64,000 nucleotides of DNA, taken from a virus. The notes under the pieces were generated by a model. The model saw only the letters and a program-made list of their open reading frames with translations. It was not told the DNA's origin and ran no database searches. The translations under genes were made by a program, and so were the position numbers. Positions 1 to 9,582 of the stretch are shown piece by piece. The stretch is from the IMG/VR virus record IMGVR_UViG_3300045988_094716, positions 47,865 through 111,864 of that record. One strand, written 5' to 3'. Within the stretch, counting starts at the first letter, position 1. The number at the start of each line of letters is the position of its first letter.

Positions 1-21
1 GAGAATAAAGGAGATAGTGCT

Positions 22-225
22 ATGAAAGTGGGGATATTGCTTAATCTGTTTGATGATTGGAACAAATATATCATCATCAACGACAATAGTTTGAATCGTC
101 TGTATAATGCACGAACCAAAATATTTGAATTTATGGACGAAAAAGAAAAGCATAAAGATTTACTCGGCAAAGAAATCGTATCGTTTGGACTTTACGACGA
201 TGATTTCTGCGTAAGAGTGAAATAA
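22..225 (+). CDS. hypothetical small protein (67 aa)
   Basis: ORF with AAGGAG RBS 7 nt upstream; first member of + strand small-gene array. Confidence 0.5.
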   Translation: MKVGILLNLFDDWNKYIIINDNSLNRLYNARTKIFEFMDEKEKHKDLLGKEIVSFGLYDDDFCVRVK

Positions 226-238
226 AGGAGATAGCATT

Positions 239-430
239 ATGGATAAAGAATATAACATTCCCGAATTATACGACAAGTACGGTCTCAAATATGAGATGAA
301 TTATGATGAGATTTGCTCTTTACTTCTCAAGAGAATTGAGGAAGACTCTAATTTTAACAACTATGTAAGGGCCGACTTGATTGATAAGCTGGGCTGGATT
401 CACGACACGTTAATTGATGAATCGTGGTAA
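239..430 (+). CDS. hypothetical small protein (63 aa)
   Basis: ORF with AAGGAG RBS; 13 nt after previous stop. Confidence 0.5.
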   Translation: MDKEYNIPELYDKYGLKYEMNYDEICSLLLKRIEEDSNFNNYVRADLIDKLGWIHDTLIDESW

Positions 431-439
431 ATAAAAGGA

Positions 440-739
440 GTGTTAGGTATGAAGAAGTTTAATTCGACCTCAAATAAAGGATTCAATATGACTTTTGCAA
501 ATGGTATTACTGCAAGCGTCCAGTGGGGAGCTGGGAATTACTGCGATAACTATTTTAGTAAAGACTTCTCTTTCTCAAAAGAAGCAAGTTCTAATACAGC
601 AGAAGTGGCCGCATGGAATGAAAACGACGAATGGGTTACAAATAAGTTCTGCGACACCTGTGATGATGTTGCTGGGTATCTCTCCCCAGATGAAGTGTTG
701 CAGTTTTTGAATAGCTGTGCAAATTACAAAACGGCTTAA
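440..739 (+). CDS. hypothetical protein (99 aa)
   Basis: ORF with AAGGAG RBS. Confidence 0.5.
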   Translation: MLGMKKFNSTSNKGFNMTFANGITASVQWGAGNYCDNYFSKDFSFSKEASSNTAEVAAWNENDEWVTNKFCDTCDDVAGYLSPDEVLQFLNSCANYKTA

Positions 740-765
740 AATCATGCTTTTATAGGAGGATTTTT

Positions 766-969
766 ATGACTGTTTCTGAGTTTGTTGAGAAGTTGAAAGA
801 GTTTGGCTATGACGAAAATACCGAATTGGTTTTTGGAATGTATACCAATACTGAATTTGGAGACTGGAAAGAACTTCAGGTCAGAGGAGTGACAAAGGGT
901 GTGTGTTTTTCTGACGAAGAAGCATATCCTGATGAGCCTTTGATTTGCGTAACGATGGAGCAGGAGTAA
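766..969 (+). CDS. hypothetical small protein (67 aa)
   Basis: ORF with AGGAGG RBS. Confidence 0.5.
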   Translation: MTVSEFVEKLKEFGYDENTELVFGMYTNTEFGDWKELQVRGVTKGVCFSDEEAYPDEPLICVTMEQE

Positions 970-976
970 CAAAAAA

Positions 977-1144
977 ATGAACATTCGGAGAGATTTTATT
1001 GAAGCGTTTTGCTGGGAGTTTGGATGCACCAAAAAGAAAGCAAACGAAGTATTTTCGTTGCGAATTCATGACGATCCTGAGTATGTTCACGAGGTAATTG
1101 CATTCTACAAATGTCAGAATAAGAAAGCATTTTACGAAGATTGA
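977..1144 (+). CDS. hypothetical small protein (about 56 aa)
   Basis: ATG ORF filling gap between flanking genes, below ORF-track cutoff. Confidence 0.3.
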   Translation: MNIRRDFIEAFCWEFGCTKKKANEVFSLRIHDDPEYVHEVIAFYKCQNKKAFYED

Positions 1145-1153
1145 GGTGATAAT

Positions 1154-1387
1154 ATGACTGAGAAAGATAAACGGATTCTAAAATACGCAATCGATAATCT
1201 TGTTCTTAGAGAAATCGAATTATGCAAAGGAAGTTGTAAAAGCAACCTTGAAAACAAAGCGAACCGTGAACGAGATCGTGAATTGATTATTTATGGTATT
1301 CACAGCGTTTTATATGAGGTTGAGCGTCTTGAAGAACAAGAGAAAGAGATGCTGGAGAAAGTCAAACATGAAGTGGTTCAGTTTTGA
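1154..1387 (+). CDS. hypothetical protein (77 aa)
   Basis: ORF with GAGGTG RBS. Confidence 0.5.
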   Translation: MTEKDKRILKYAIDNLVLREIELCKGSCKSNLENKANRERDRELIIYGIHSVLYEVERLEEQEKEMLEKVKHEVVQF

Positions 1388-1401
1388 TTGAGGTGATAAA
1401 A

Positions 1402-1719
1402 ATGGATACTAACATAAACCATCTTAACAGTAGAAAAGAATACATGGAGCTTGTTTATCACAATTCTAGTCCGTTTGATTTTTGGGAAGAAGTGCGAAAA
1501 TTTCACAAGGAACGTGAGCAGGAGGAAAAGAACATGACCAACATTGAAAAGAATATCGTTCTCGCAGCTCTTTCTTCCTATCGGCGTAAGCTGATGGATC
1601 AGAGTGTTTCGTTCCTCAGAGCTGGCAATCACGAGGATGCAAGAGCAAGCACGATTGAAGCAGCCAACGTGAATGCGTTGGTGATTAAGTTTACAAGAGA
1701 AAAGGAGTTTGCAATATGA
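1402..1719 (+). CDS. hypothetical protein (about 105 aa)
   Basis: ATG 8 nt after GAGGTGA RBS inside ORF-track ORF 1384..1719. Confidence 0.5.
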   Translation: MDTNINHLNSRKEYMELVYHNSSPFDFWEEVRKFHKEREQEEKNMTNIEKNIVLAALSSYRRKLMDQSVSFLRAGNHEDARASTIEAANVNALVIKFTREKEFAI

Positions 1720-2003
1720 GAAACCTGTCTAAACAGAACCGCAAGAAAATTTTTGATTTGATCAAACGTGATTGCATATTTGTTGGCTCTTACGATTTGG
1801 AACATTCTGAAGAAAGTGTTTTGACTTATCTCCCGAAGCCCGGCACACAGATTCACAAAGATGTTGAAGAGGTTCGTGTCATAAAGAACCGCAAGACTGG
1901 AAACTGGGTCGAATCCATTGTTGATGTGCGTTGGCAGTACGGTATGACTTGCGCCGATGCAGAGATGATTGAACGCAAGTATCAGTGCAAGTCTAATAAA
2001 TGA
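1716..2003 (+). CDS. hypothetical protein (95 aa)
   Basis: ORF with AAGGAG RBS, start overlaps previous stop. Confidence 0.5.
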   Translation: MRNLSKQNRKKIFDLIKRDCIFVGSYDLEHSEESVLTYLPKPGTQIHKDVEEVRVIKNRKTGNWVESIVDVRWQYGMTCADAEMIERKYQCKSNK

Positions 2004-2142
2004 GATAGGTGGAATATGAAATACAAAAGAATGAAGATTGTTTATATTGATGGCTGGTATCATGTTGAACAAACATGGATGAGCGGCAAGGTTATTATTA
2101 CTCCGTATAGATGGAAGGATAAAAGAATAGCTCAATCCTACG

Positions 2143-2412
2143 TTGTTGCTTTTTATGAAGCTGGGGAGGTGGCAGAAATTGACTAATCCTTGCCGTTATT
2201 GTGTGGCACCGGAGCGTTATCCCGGTTGCCATGACCATTGTGAGAAACTGAAAGCCCATCGTGAAAGTGATGAGTATAAGAAGCTGTGTGAATATAAGAA
2301 TACATACTTAAAAAGCACTCCAGAGAGTAGCGCAAAAATAGATAGGGTAATGCGTCGTTTTAAGCAAAAAGGATATCACTTGAATGGTTTCAAATCGGTA
2401 AGGAGTGTATAA
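2143..2412 (+). CDS. Cys/His-rich small protein (start uncertain, possibly TTG at 2179)
   Basis: ORF rich in C/H pairs (CRYC, CHDHC). Confidence 0.4.
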   Translation: MLLFMKLGRWQKLTNPCRYCVAPERYPGCHDHCEKLKAHRESDEYKKLCEYKNTYLKSTPESSAKIDRVMRRFKQKGYHLNGFKSVRSV

Positions 2413-2413
2413 A

Positions 2414-2647
2414 ATGTGGGTTTTAGCTAAATGCCAATATTCAGATGATAACAAGATTGGATATGCTGTATTTTACGATATTGATAAGCTTGGGTGTGTA
2501 ACACTTATGTTCAAAATATATGAAGATACAAATTCTATTGAGTTCTTTTATTGTCTATTAGAAGTGAGTACTCTGCTAGAAAAGAAAACGTGTGAGAATA
2601 TCTTAAAAGACTATTTGAAAGAGAAAGGGATTTTTGTAGAGGATTAA
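2414..2647 (+). CDS. hypothetical protein (77 aa)
   Basis: ATG after AAGGAG RBS. Confidence 0.5.
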   Translation: MWVLAKCQYSDDNKIGYAVFYDIDKLGCVTLMFKIYEDTNSIEFFYCLLEVSTLLEKKTCENILKDYLKEKGIFVED

Positions 2648-2649
2648 CC

Positions 2650-2892
2650 ATGTGGGATTTAATGGGGAACAATTATTCAGAAGTATACGGTATTGGATAT
2701 GCTTTACTGAATGGAATTTCAGCTGGGTTTTATGTGAGCGTCATGTATAAGAATCTTGGAAATGAAATTTACTTCTATTATCTTGATGATGCTCCTTATG
2801 GAGAACTCAATGATAATACCAAAAATAAAATTGAGGATATTATCTATGATGACCTTAACAAGCGTCATATTTTTGGGTTTGGGGAGGACTGA
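2650..2892 (+). CDS. hypothetical protein (80 aa)
   Basis: ORF with RBS. Confidence 0.5.
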   Translation: MWDLMGNNYSEVYGIGYALLNGISAGFYVSVMYKNLGNEIYFYYLDDAPYGELNDNTKNKIEDIIYDDLNKRHIFGFGED

Positions 2893-2894
2893 TT

Positions 2895-3149
2895 ATGTGG
2901 GATCTGAGGGAAGTTCACGCTTGTTTTGATGGTGAAGGTTGGGTTTGGAATGAATCTTTTCATCACAAGAATGTGTTCGTAGGTGAGAATGAAGATCCGA
3001 AAGAAATCTTTTGGCAGGAATGTCAGATGTTCTTCCTTCAGGATTATCTGAGCAAGTGTGAGATTGTGGATGTTAACGGCGGTGATATTTTGGAACTTCA
3101 GCTGAAAGATTCTGGTGAGCCGGTTCTTGCTATAGTGATTGCAGAGTAA
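2895..3149 (+). CDS. hypothetical protein (84 aa)
   Basis: ORF with GGGGAGG RBS. Confidence 0.5.
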   Translation: MWDLREVHACFDGEGWVWNESFHHKNVFVGENEDPKEIFWQECQMFFLQDYLSKCEIVDVNGGDILELQLKDSGEPVLAIVIAE

Positions 3150-3161
3150 AGGAGAATAAAA

Positions 3162-3422
3162 ATGTTGCTTTTTAATGATGTCTTGGATGACTGCATTGTA
3201 ATTGTTAAGGATGATAACGGTAACAGCAGAGTTATTTCTGGCAGTGCTGACTCCATGCTTTATGACTGGTGGCACGAATGTAATTATGTGTCAAGTAATG
3301 ATTCTTTGGTTGTTTACGCTGCTTGTTTTGGAGTGGAAGTGAAATGTAAAACGTTCGGAGAATATATGAAAATGATTGATAAGATTGCCGGAAGCTGTGA
3401 TGGAATTGAAAGGGAAGAATGA
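3162..3422 (+). CDS. hypothetical protein (86 aa)
   Basis: ORF with AAGGAG RBS. Confidence 0.5.
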   Translation: MLLFNDVLDDCIVIVKDDNGNSRVISGSADSMLYDWWHECNYVSSNDSLVVYAACFGVEVKCKTFGEYMKMIDKIAGSCDGIEREE

Positions 3423-3425
3423 GTT

Positions 3426-3698
3426 ATGACGCGGTTTTATCTTAATGCGGGTGCTCTTGACCGTTGGATGCACCAGAATAAAGCACAATACACTGGTGCT
3501 TATGTTGAAGGTGTTTTAGTCGATAGCTTTGTTGTTGAAACAAAGCGTGGTGTTGCAGCCATCTACGAACACGCTCTGAATGAGTGGACAAGCAACTATT
3601 ATGTTGAGTTCACCGATTATAAGAATGGCTTTAAGAACGGAGAGGTCGATAAGATTTGGTCTGATTGGTATACTTTTGAAGAAAAGGCTAGTGCATAA
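3426..3698 (+). CDS. hypothetical protein (90 aa)
   Basis: ORF, weak RBS. Confidence 0.45.
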   Translation: MTRFYLNAGALDRWMHQNKAQYTGAYVEGVLVDSFVVETKRGVAAIYEHALNEWTSNYYVEFTDYKNGFKNGEVDKIWSDWYTFEEKASA

Positions 3699-3711
3699 GA
3701 GGTGAGTGAAT

Positions 3712-3897
3712 ATGAATGATGTTGAAAAGATTATCAATGCCTTGAAGGACGAATATTTTTATTGCCAAGATATTGCTTACACTGCGCAAAAAGAAGGCGA
3801 TGAAGAGAGAATGACATGGTATTATGGCAAAGCAACCGGAATTAAAAAGTCTATTGAAACAATCAAAAAAATGAAGAATTACGGAATTATTTTATAA
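3712..3897 (+). CDS. hypothetical protein (61 aa)
   Basis: ATG after GAGGTGAGTG RBS. Confidence 0.45.
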   Translation: MNDVEKIINALKDEYFYCQDIAYTAQKEGDEERMTWYYGKATGIKKSIETIKKMKNYGIIL

Positions 3898-3913
3898 AAG
3901 GGAGATTTTAGAT

Positions 3914-4780
3914 ATGACAAACTTATATTGCTACGATAATGAAATTATAAAATGGACTTACGGCGATAACCTGTATTGCTTACATATTCAGCACGACGAC
4001 GTTGCAGACAATAACCCTCGTTGGTGGGACGACCACGATTCTGTGATGGCTTGTTTCCATCCTCGTTACCGTCTTGGTGATAAGGTCGATGCGAGTACGG
4101 CAGAAGAATTTTGGAATAATCTGGTTTACAAGTATTGCTCTTATGAAGAGATTCTGGATGCGCTTTTCAATATGAAACTGGAAGATACTTGTGTTGTTGT
4201 TGATGAAAATTATAGCGACGAAAAACGATATGCCATCTGCGGTATTGGAACTCTTTATGATGAAAAAGTTTCCGAAGGCCCGATATATGTTGGATTGAAA
4301 CATAACGAAATTGCTACATATGTTGCTGGTGAATTTTCTATTCGTGATTGTCAGATTCTTCTTGATAAGCACATCGCATGGCTTCCTCTTTGGCTACATG
4401 ACCATTCTGGTTTGTCTATGGATTGCGATACGCGGTTCAGAGGTTCATGGGATGATAGTAATGTTGGTTGGATTGTGACAGCTATTACGGATGGTTCGGA
4501 TAATACCAAAAATGAAGCAGAACGAATTATGCGTGATGAGGTAAAGACTTATAGCGATTATCTTTCCGGTGAGAATTACGGCTACACGCTTTATCGAGAA
4601 GATCACGGAAAATGGAAGGAGATTGACAGAGCATTTGGATTTATCGGTTCTGATGTGTTTGAAAACGGTATCACATACAGCGCTGGTTGTGGCCTTGAAA
4701 CAGCATTGAAGGAAGATCGATGCCGTATCGGTGACGCTGAGAAGGTTGTGACAGTCACTTATAACTTTGATAAATGTTGA
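3914..4780 (+). CDS. hypothetical protein (288 aa), acidic, possible antirestriction-like
   Basis: long ORF with RBS; no motif I can assign firmly. Confidence 0.55.
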   Translation: MTNLYCYDNEIIKWTYGDNLYCLHIQHDDVADNNPRWWDDHDSVMACFHPRYRLGDKVDASTAEEFWNNLVYKYCSYEEILDALFNMKLEDTCVVVDENYSDEKRYAICGIGTLYDEKVSEGPIYVGLKHNEIATYVAGEFSIRDCQILLDKHIAWLPLWLHDHSGLSMDCDTRFRGSWDDSNVGWIVTAITDGSDNTKNEAERIMRDEVKTYSDYLSGENYGYTLYREDHGKWKEIDRAFGFIGSDVFENGITYSAGCGLETALKEDRCRIGDAEKVVTVTYNFDKC

Positions 4781-4798
4781 ATTTTAGGAGGAAGTATT

Positions 4799-5335
4799 AT
4801 GAAATATGAAGAATTGGTTGCTGAATTAAGAGCTGGTAAAACTCTTGAGTCGTTATTGGACTTAACCCAAGGTCAGAACTGTTTTATCTATAAGGCAAAA
4901 GGAAAGTGTTTTGATCTTAATGAAGTAATTTACATTCCCGATGTTTCATTGAATGATATTCCAACTGATTATGTGATGTCGAAAGACGACCTTGCCGAAT
5001 GCTCTGCTTACTTTTATACATGGAAAGACTTTTTGGATTTGTGTAAAACCGAAGATAAAGCATTGGAGTTATTCGACCTGTGTGACTGGGCAAATCCATG
5101 GACTGTTTTGGACGAGATGGAGCGAGAAAATCAAGAAGATGATATTAAAGAAAGGTGGTTTGCTGAAACACGTTGGTGCACCGATGATATTATCGGTATT
5201 GCAAAAGACAATGGAATTGAAATGACTCCGCAGCAAGCAGAACAGTGGTGGAAAAGGAATGAAAATTGGTTCAGAAATGCTCTTGTTGAATATGGCAATG
5301 AAGTTCTTGCCAACGCAGATTTTAATGAGGTATAA
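4799..5335 (+). CDS. hypothetical protein (178 aa)
   Basis: ORF with AGGAGG RBS. Confidence 0.5.
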   Translation: MKYEELVAELRAGKTLESLLDLTQGQNCFIYKAKGKCFDLNEVIYIPDVSLNDIPTDYVMSKDDLAECSAYFYTWKDFLDLCKTEDKALELFDLCDWANPWTVLDEMERENQEDDIKERWFAETRWCTDDIIGIAKDNGIEMTPQQAEQWWKRNENWFRNALVEYGNEVLANADFNEV

Positions 5336-5338
5336 ATC

Positions 5339-5674
5339 ATGAGTTATTATAATGGCCCTTGTTGGCCTTGTATAGAAAAAACCTGTAAAAACTGTCCATG
5401 TGCTGTTGTGGAAGCATATGAAAATACATATTTAGATGCACAATGGATGCAAAAACTAAGTTGGAATAAAGATGATTGCGATAAATTTGTTGAACGTCTT
5501 TGGAAAGAGAATTTTGATTTTGCATGGGCCAAAAATGAACGTGGAGAACTAGTTCTTGATCAAAATTGGAGAGGTTTCCCAGTTAGTAACTTCACACAAG
5601 ATGATTGGTTCCGTTGGGTGGATGAGTTTCATAGTAAAGGCGTTGGCTGGGTCTACGAGAATGTGAGGGTTTGA
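5339..5674 (+). CDS. hypothetical Cys-rich protein (111 aa)
   Basis: ORF with GAGGT RBS; CWPC..CKNCPC motif. Confidence 0.5.
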   Translation: MSYYNGPCWPCIEKTCKNCPCAVVEAYENTYLDAQWMQKLSWNKDDCDKFVERLWKENFDFAWAKNERGELVLDQNWRGFPVSNFTQDDWFRWVDEFHSKGVGWVYENVRV

Positions 5675-5676
5675 TT

Positions 5677-5907
5677 ATGAAATATATGTGGGCGGTCTGC
5701 GATGTTGAAGCGGACGGGAAATATTATGCCTATCCAATAAGGATTTCTGTGGCAGATAATCTATTAAGTAAATTAACCATTAAGGGCATTAAGGTCGCGA
5801 ACCTCTGTGAGAACAAAAAGAGGGCAAAAGAGGTTGCGGATATGTGGAATGAGTGCCATAAGACAAATAAACAATATATGTTCACGACAGATGATCCAAC
5901 GTTTTGA
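5677..5907 (+). CDS. hypothetical protein (76 aa)
   Basis: ATG in ORF 5671..5907. Confidence 0.45.
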   Translation: MKYMWAVCDVEADGKYYAYPIRISVADNLLSKLTIKGIKVANLCENKKRAKEVADMWNECHKTNKQYMFTTDDPTF

Positions 5908-5921
5908 AAGGAAAAAATGAT

Positions 5922-6155
5922 ATGTGGTGTGTTATTGAGTGTAGTTGTGACGGTGAAATTTTTGAGCCTGATTTCTTCGATAGTAAAGAAGAAGCGGCAG
6001 AATTTATCAAGGATGATGCAACTGAATGTTATGGAAATGTTAGTGATCTACCAGAAGCTAATATTTTTATTAAATCTGATGGACTTTCTGCCACAGTAAA
6101 TACAGACGAATATAGCTGGGGCTGGAAAGCGTTTGATATTTCCGACAAGATTTAA
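5922..6155 (+). CDS. hypothetical acidic protein (77 aa)
   Basis: ATG after GGAAAAAATGA purine-rich stretch. Confidence 0.45.
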   Translation: MWCVIECSCDGEIFEPDFFDSKEEAAEFIKDDATECYGNVSDLPEANIFIKSDGLSATVNTDEYSWGWKAFDISDKI

Positions 6156-6215
6156 AAGGAGAGTTTTATTATGAAATATGACACTCAAGCGATGGCCGAA
6201 CAGTGGGGGTAAAAA

Positions 6216-6548
6216 ATGAAACTTGAAAAAAGAATAATCTACTTTATCGTGTCAGCGGCATTGCTGATTGTGACGCTGTGGTTTACATCCTGTGGTGCGG
6301 CCACTGCCGAGGCAGGAGCTGAAAGAAAGCCATGCTACCATGTCAAGGTCTACTCCCCGGCAATCGAAAACGCGGGCTATGCCAGCAGAAGGAGACCGAA
6401 GTACACCATCACTGTAGACACTTTTAGCGATCTGGTTCCCACCGATACTTATAGTCGTGAAAGAGATTACCAACTTCTCCAAATTCCTCTTGGAGGTGGT
6501 CGCTTTGAGCTGGTGTCCACCTCGCTGGTTGAAATCGAATATTACTGA
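6216..6548 (+). CDS. putative lipoprotein (signal peptide + lipobox FTSC)
   Basis: N-terminal hydrophobic signal MKLEKRIIYFIVSAALLIVTLWFTSC; lies in a locally GC-rich segment. Confidence 0.55.
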   Translation: MKLEKRIIYFIVSAALLIVTLWFTSCGAATAEAGAERKPCYHVKVYSPAIENAGYASRRRPKYTITVDTFSDLVPTDTYSRERDYQLLQIPLGGGRFELVSTSLVEIEYY

Positions 6549-6564
6549 GGGAGGGCCGGAAAAC

Positions 6565-6849
6565 ATGAAAATCCGTTCGTTGATTTATTGGGACTCTGCG
6601 AAGAATGAACCCGGTTCCGCCGTCATTGAGATGACCGGCAAAGAAATCGTTATCCTGAACAACATCATCTGGGAAGCGGCAAAGGGGAAAGAGGGAAAAT
6701 CTGGATCTCTGGATATGGCGAAATCCTTAATCTTACTGAACGCTCTTGTACAGCATGGGGGCCTTGACAGCGTGGATATTTTGGCTCTCAGCGATGTAGA
6801 CGAGCGGCTCAACCGACATCAAGGAGGCGAAGAAAATGCCCAACAATAA
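6565..6849 (+). CDS. hypothetical protein (94 aa) in GC-rich segment
   Basis: ATG with GGAGGG RBS inside ORF 6457..6849. Confidence 0.4.
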   Translation: MKIRSLIYWDSAKNEPGSAVIEMTGKEIVILNNIIWEAAKGKEGKSGSLDMAKSLILLNALVQHGGLDSVDILALSDVDERLNRHQGGEENAQQ

Positions 6850-6875
6850 AGCGGTTCTTCTAAGGAGATGGTAAT

Positions 6876-7127
6876 ATGAATGAAAAGAGATTTGAAATTG
6901 ACACGCCTATTGGAAAACTGGTTGCTGAAGCTGATGGAGATTATAAAGATTATCCAGGAATTTACATTTATCTTCAGAGGGAAGATGGCGTTCAAATTGA
7001 TTTGTCTTGTACGGAAATTGATAAAGAAACTGGCGAAGGCAGAGTCTTTGTCTGGGAAAATACGTCTATAGATGAATACACCAAGATGATGCGCTGGACT
7101 AAAGAACAACTTATGATTAAAGAATGA
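6876..7127 (+). CDS. hypothetical protein (83 aa)
   Basis: ORF with AAGGAG RBS. Confidence 0.5.
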   Translation: MNEKRFEIDTPIGKLVAEADGDYKDYPGIYIYLQREDGVQIDLSCTEIDKETGEGRVFVWENTSIDEYTKMMRWTKEQLMIKE

Positions 7128-7146
7128 GTGTATGGAGTAAACAAAA

Positions 7147-8454
7147 ATGACTACTAATAATCCTATGACTGTAGTAACCTCTAAGCCCTTTGGTGCACTG
7201 AATGTGGATGTTTACCAGAATGACAAGCACCAGTATTACATGACTCGTGAACAGATTGGTGCAGCACTTGAATATGGAAATCCAAAAGTTGCAATTATGA
7301 ATATCCATACTCGCAATTCAGACCGTCTTGATAAGTTTTGCTCGGTACTCAACTTGAGTACCGAGGTTGGAAATCACACGCAGATGCGTCAAACTTATGT
7401 TTACAGTTTGCGTGGCGTTATGGAAATCTGCCGCTTCTCTCGTCAGCCGAAAGCCGATGCATTTATGGATTTCTGCTGGGACATCATGGAATCCTTGATG
7501 CGTGGTGACACCGTTCTGGCTACGCCTCAGATGGATGCTGCACTGAGTAAGGAGTTCATTGATGTAAGACTTCACGCTCTGTTTGATAGCATGAAGAACC
7601 TTCAGAGTGAACTTGATTCCACTCGCAAGGAGCTCAGTGACCAAATTGAGGAAGCTCGTGCTACTAGCAACGAAGCACTGAATGTAATCAGCAGCGTGTC
7701 TCAGTGTGTCCATCAGATTAAGGATAAGCAGATGGATAATTCGATTCGTGCTAAGAGCTATACTCCTCGCAATGTGTTTCGGGATGAAATGAGTGACTGG
7801 CGTAAAGATTTGTATAGCAAGATTGGTGTGATTGCAAATACTAAAGGTTACACAAATAAAGAAACGCTTCACAAGATCTATGAATATCTGAATCGTAATT
7901 ATGGTTTTGTTTTGGAAGATGCTCGTGCAAAGTATATTAAGAGAACGAATCGTAGTGGGAAAATTTCAATAATCGACATTATCGAAGAGGATTCCACTTG
8001 GAAATCTATCATGGAGGCTGTTGTTGCAGATATGTACGTAGCATCTATCGAGCGTCTGCATCAGAATCAGAATGAACTTCGTCCGACTCCAAAGGCTGTC
8101 GAAGCAGTTTCTGAAACAAATATGAACGTTACTCCTGTGATTGATGTGGTAGCTAAAGAAGTCGTTAACAAAAAACTTAAGAACAAGAAACAGAGTGAGA
8201 CGGCGAAGATCCTTTTTCCAATCATGATGCCTCTGGCGGAAAAACTTGGTGACAAGCCACAATATAAGCACACTTACACTCTGATTTATGAGCGTATTGG
8301 CTATAAGAAAATGAATAATTTGTTTGTGGCTTACGAAAAGGCACACGGTAAGGCACCGCATCCGAAGACTAAGGTGTTTATCGAAAATGAAAAGAATCTC
8401 GCGCTATTTAAGAAGACTGTGAAGCAGCTGATGAAAGGACAGGAGAATAAGTAA
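7147..8454 (+). CDS. Bro-N domain antirepressor-like protein (435 aa)
   Basis: N-terminus matches the Bro-N pattern (PFGALNVDVY...REQIGAALEYGNPKVAI). Confidence 0.6.
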   Translation: MTTNNPMTVVTSKPFGALNVDVYQNDKHQYYMTREQIGAALEYGNPKVAIMNIHTRNSDRLDKFCSVLNLSTEVGNHTQMRQTYVYSLRGVMEICRFSRQPKADAFMDFCWDIMESLMRGDTVLATPQMDAALSKEFIDVRLHALFDSMKNLQSELDSTRKELSDQIEEARATSNEALNVISSVSQCVHQIKDKQMDNSIRAKSYTPRNVFRDEMSDWRKDLYSKIGVIANTKGYTNKETLHKIYEYLNRNYGFVLEDARAKYIKRTNRSGKISIIDIIEEDSTWKSIMEAVVADMYVASIERLHQNQNELRPTPKAVEAVSETNMNVTPVIDVVAKEVVNKKLKNKKQSETAKILFPIMMPLAEKLGDKPQYKHTYTLIYERIGYKKMNNLFVAYEKAHGKAPHPKTKVFIENEKNLALFKKTVKQLMKGQENK

Positions 8455-9078
8455 ATGTATGTAATCTCGAATGGTCATAACTATATTATGAAACGGAAGG
8501 GAGGTCGAATCTGCGCCACCTGTGATATCAATCTGGCATTGCAGTTTGAATCTAAAGGATTAGCAATTTGTGAAATCAATAAACTTCCCGCCGGGTATAA
8601 GAACGGGCACTACGCACCAAAGTCTATGGACGAAGTTGCCATCGCAGGCAAGAGTCCGAATATAACGGCTCCAGCTGTAAAGTCAAATACATACGCATTT
8701 CACATGGAAGATTCTGAATGGCTGATAGAGTTGAAGAAAAATCTTGAGGTCACAGACAAAACAATGACCAGCCTCGATGATTTATATGCCAAAGTCTACA
8801 GTGATTTAACTGCGGCTAGCGATGAGATTGCCGATATTGAACACGCAATTGAGTTCAAAACAGTGAATGCAGCGCAAGGTTATCAGCTTATGGCGGAACT
8901 TAAAAGAGCTCGCCGGAAGCGCAGAGAAGCTAAGGATGCAAAGCTTCTGCTTGAGATTGTGATGAACCATCGAAATAACGATGATTGGGGCCATGGTCGG
9001 CTTGAGGCTGCTATTGAACAGCTTGACTCGCGTCAGTTTACTCCGAAGGTTCGTAACGATCTGTTTGAAAAGAATTGA
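8455..9078 (+). CDS. hypothetical protein (207 aa)
   Basis: ORF starting immediately after previous stop. Confidence 0.5.
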   Translation: MYVISNGHNYIMKRKGGRICATCDINLALQFESKGLAICEINKLPAGYKNGHYAPKSMDEVAIAGKSPNITAPAVKSNTYAFHMEDSEWLIELKKNLEVTDKTMTSLDDLYAKVYSDLTAASDEIADIEHAIEFKTVNAAQGYQLMAELKRARRKRREAKDAKLLLEIVMNHRNNDDWGHGRLEAAIEQLDSRQFTPKVRNDLFEKN

Positions 9079-9347
9079 GGTATATAAAAATGACGATTCA
9101 TATTTTACACGAATGTATCGACTCTAGCGATTTTTACGCAGAAGGTAATATTATTACCATTAACAAAGATAAAGAGAAGTTGTCTGAAAAGATGTTCTTG
9201 CTTTATAAGGACTGCCGGGATTCGTAAGGAAATAGTGTGAAACAGGACGAAACGTGGTGTGATTCATGTAAGGTGTCCGTTGTTAGTGGGAATTCTGGAA
9301 ATTACTATCGACATCATTGGAAAATTGACAAGTTTGAGGTGTAAATT

Positions 9348-9572
9348 ATGATGGTATATGGAAACATAACGTGTAATCGCTGTGGCATTACATGGTATGG
9401 TCCTAAATGTGGAAAGCTCTATTGTGATGAATGTCGTAAGATAATAAGAAATGAGGCATCCATTCGATGCAAGAATAAAAAGAAACATAAACCAACATTT
9501 GTTGAGATTGTAAGAATGGCAGATGCTGAAGGATTATCTTACGGTAAGTATTGTTTGAAGTATGGAGTTTGA
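9348..9572 (+). CDS. hypothetical zinc-ribbon protein (74 aa)
   Basis: CNRCG...CGKLYCDEC motif; GAGGTG RBS. Confidence 0.45.
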   Translation: MMVYGNITCNRCGITWYGPKCGKLYCDECRKIIRNEASIRCKNKKKHKPTFVEIVRMADAEGLSYGKYCLKYGV

Positions 9573-9582
9573 GGTGAATATA

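Noticed and set aside
6252-6566. Minus-strand ORF 6252-6566 in the GC-rich island
   Set aside because: It overlaps the + strand lipoprotein gene, which has a signal peptide and RBS. A high-GC segment generates long spurious antisense ORFs.
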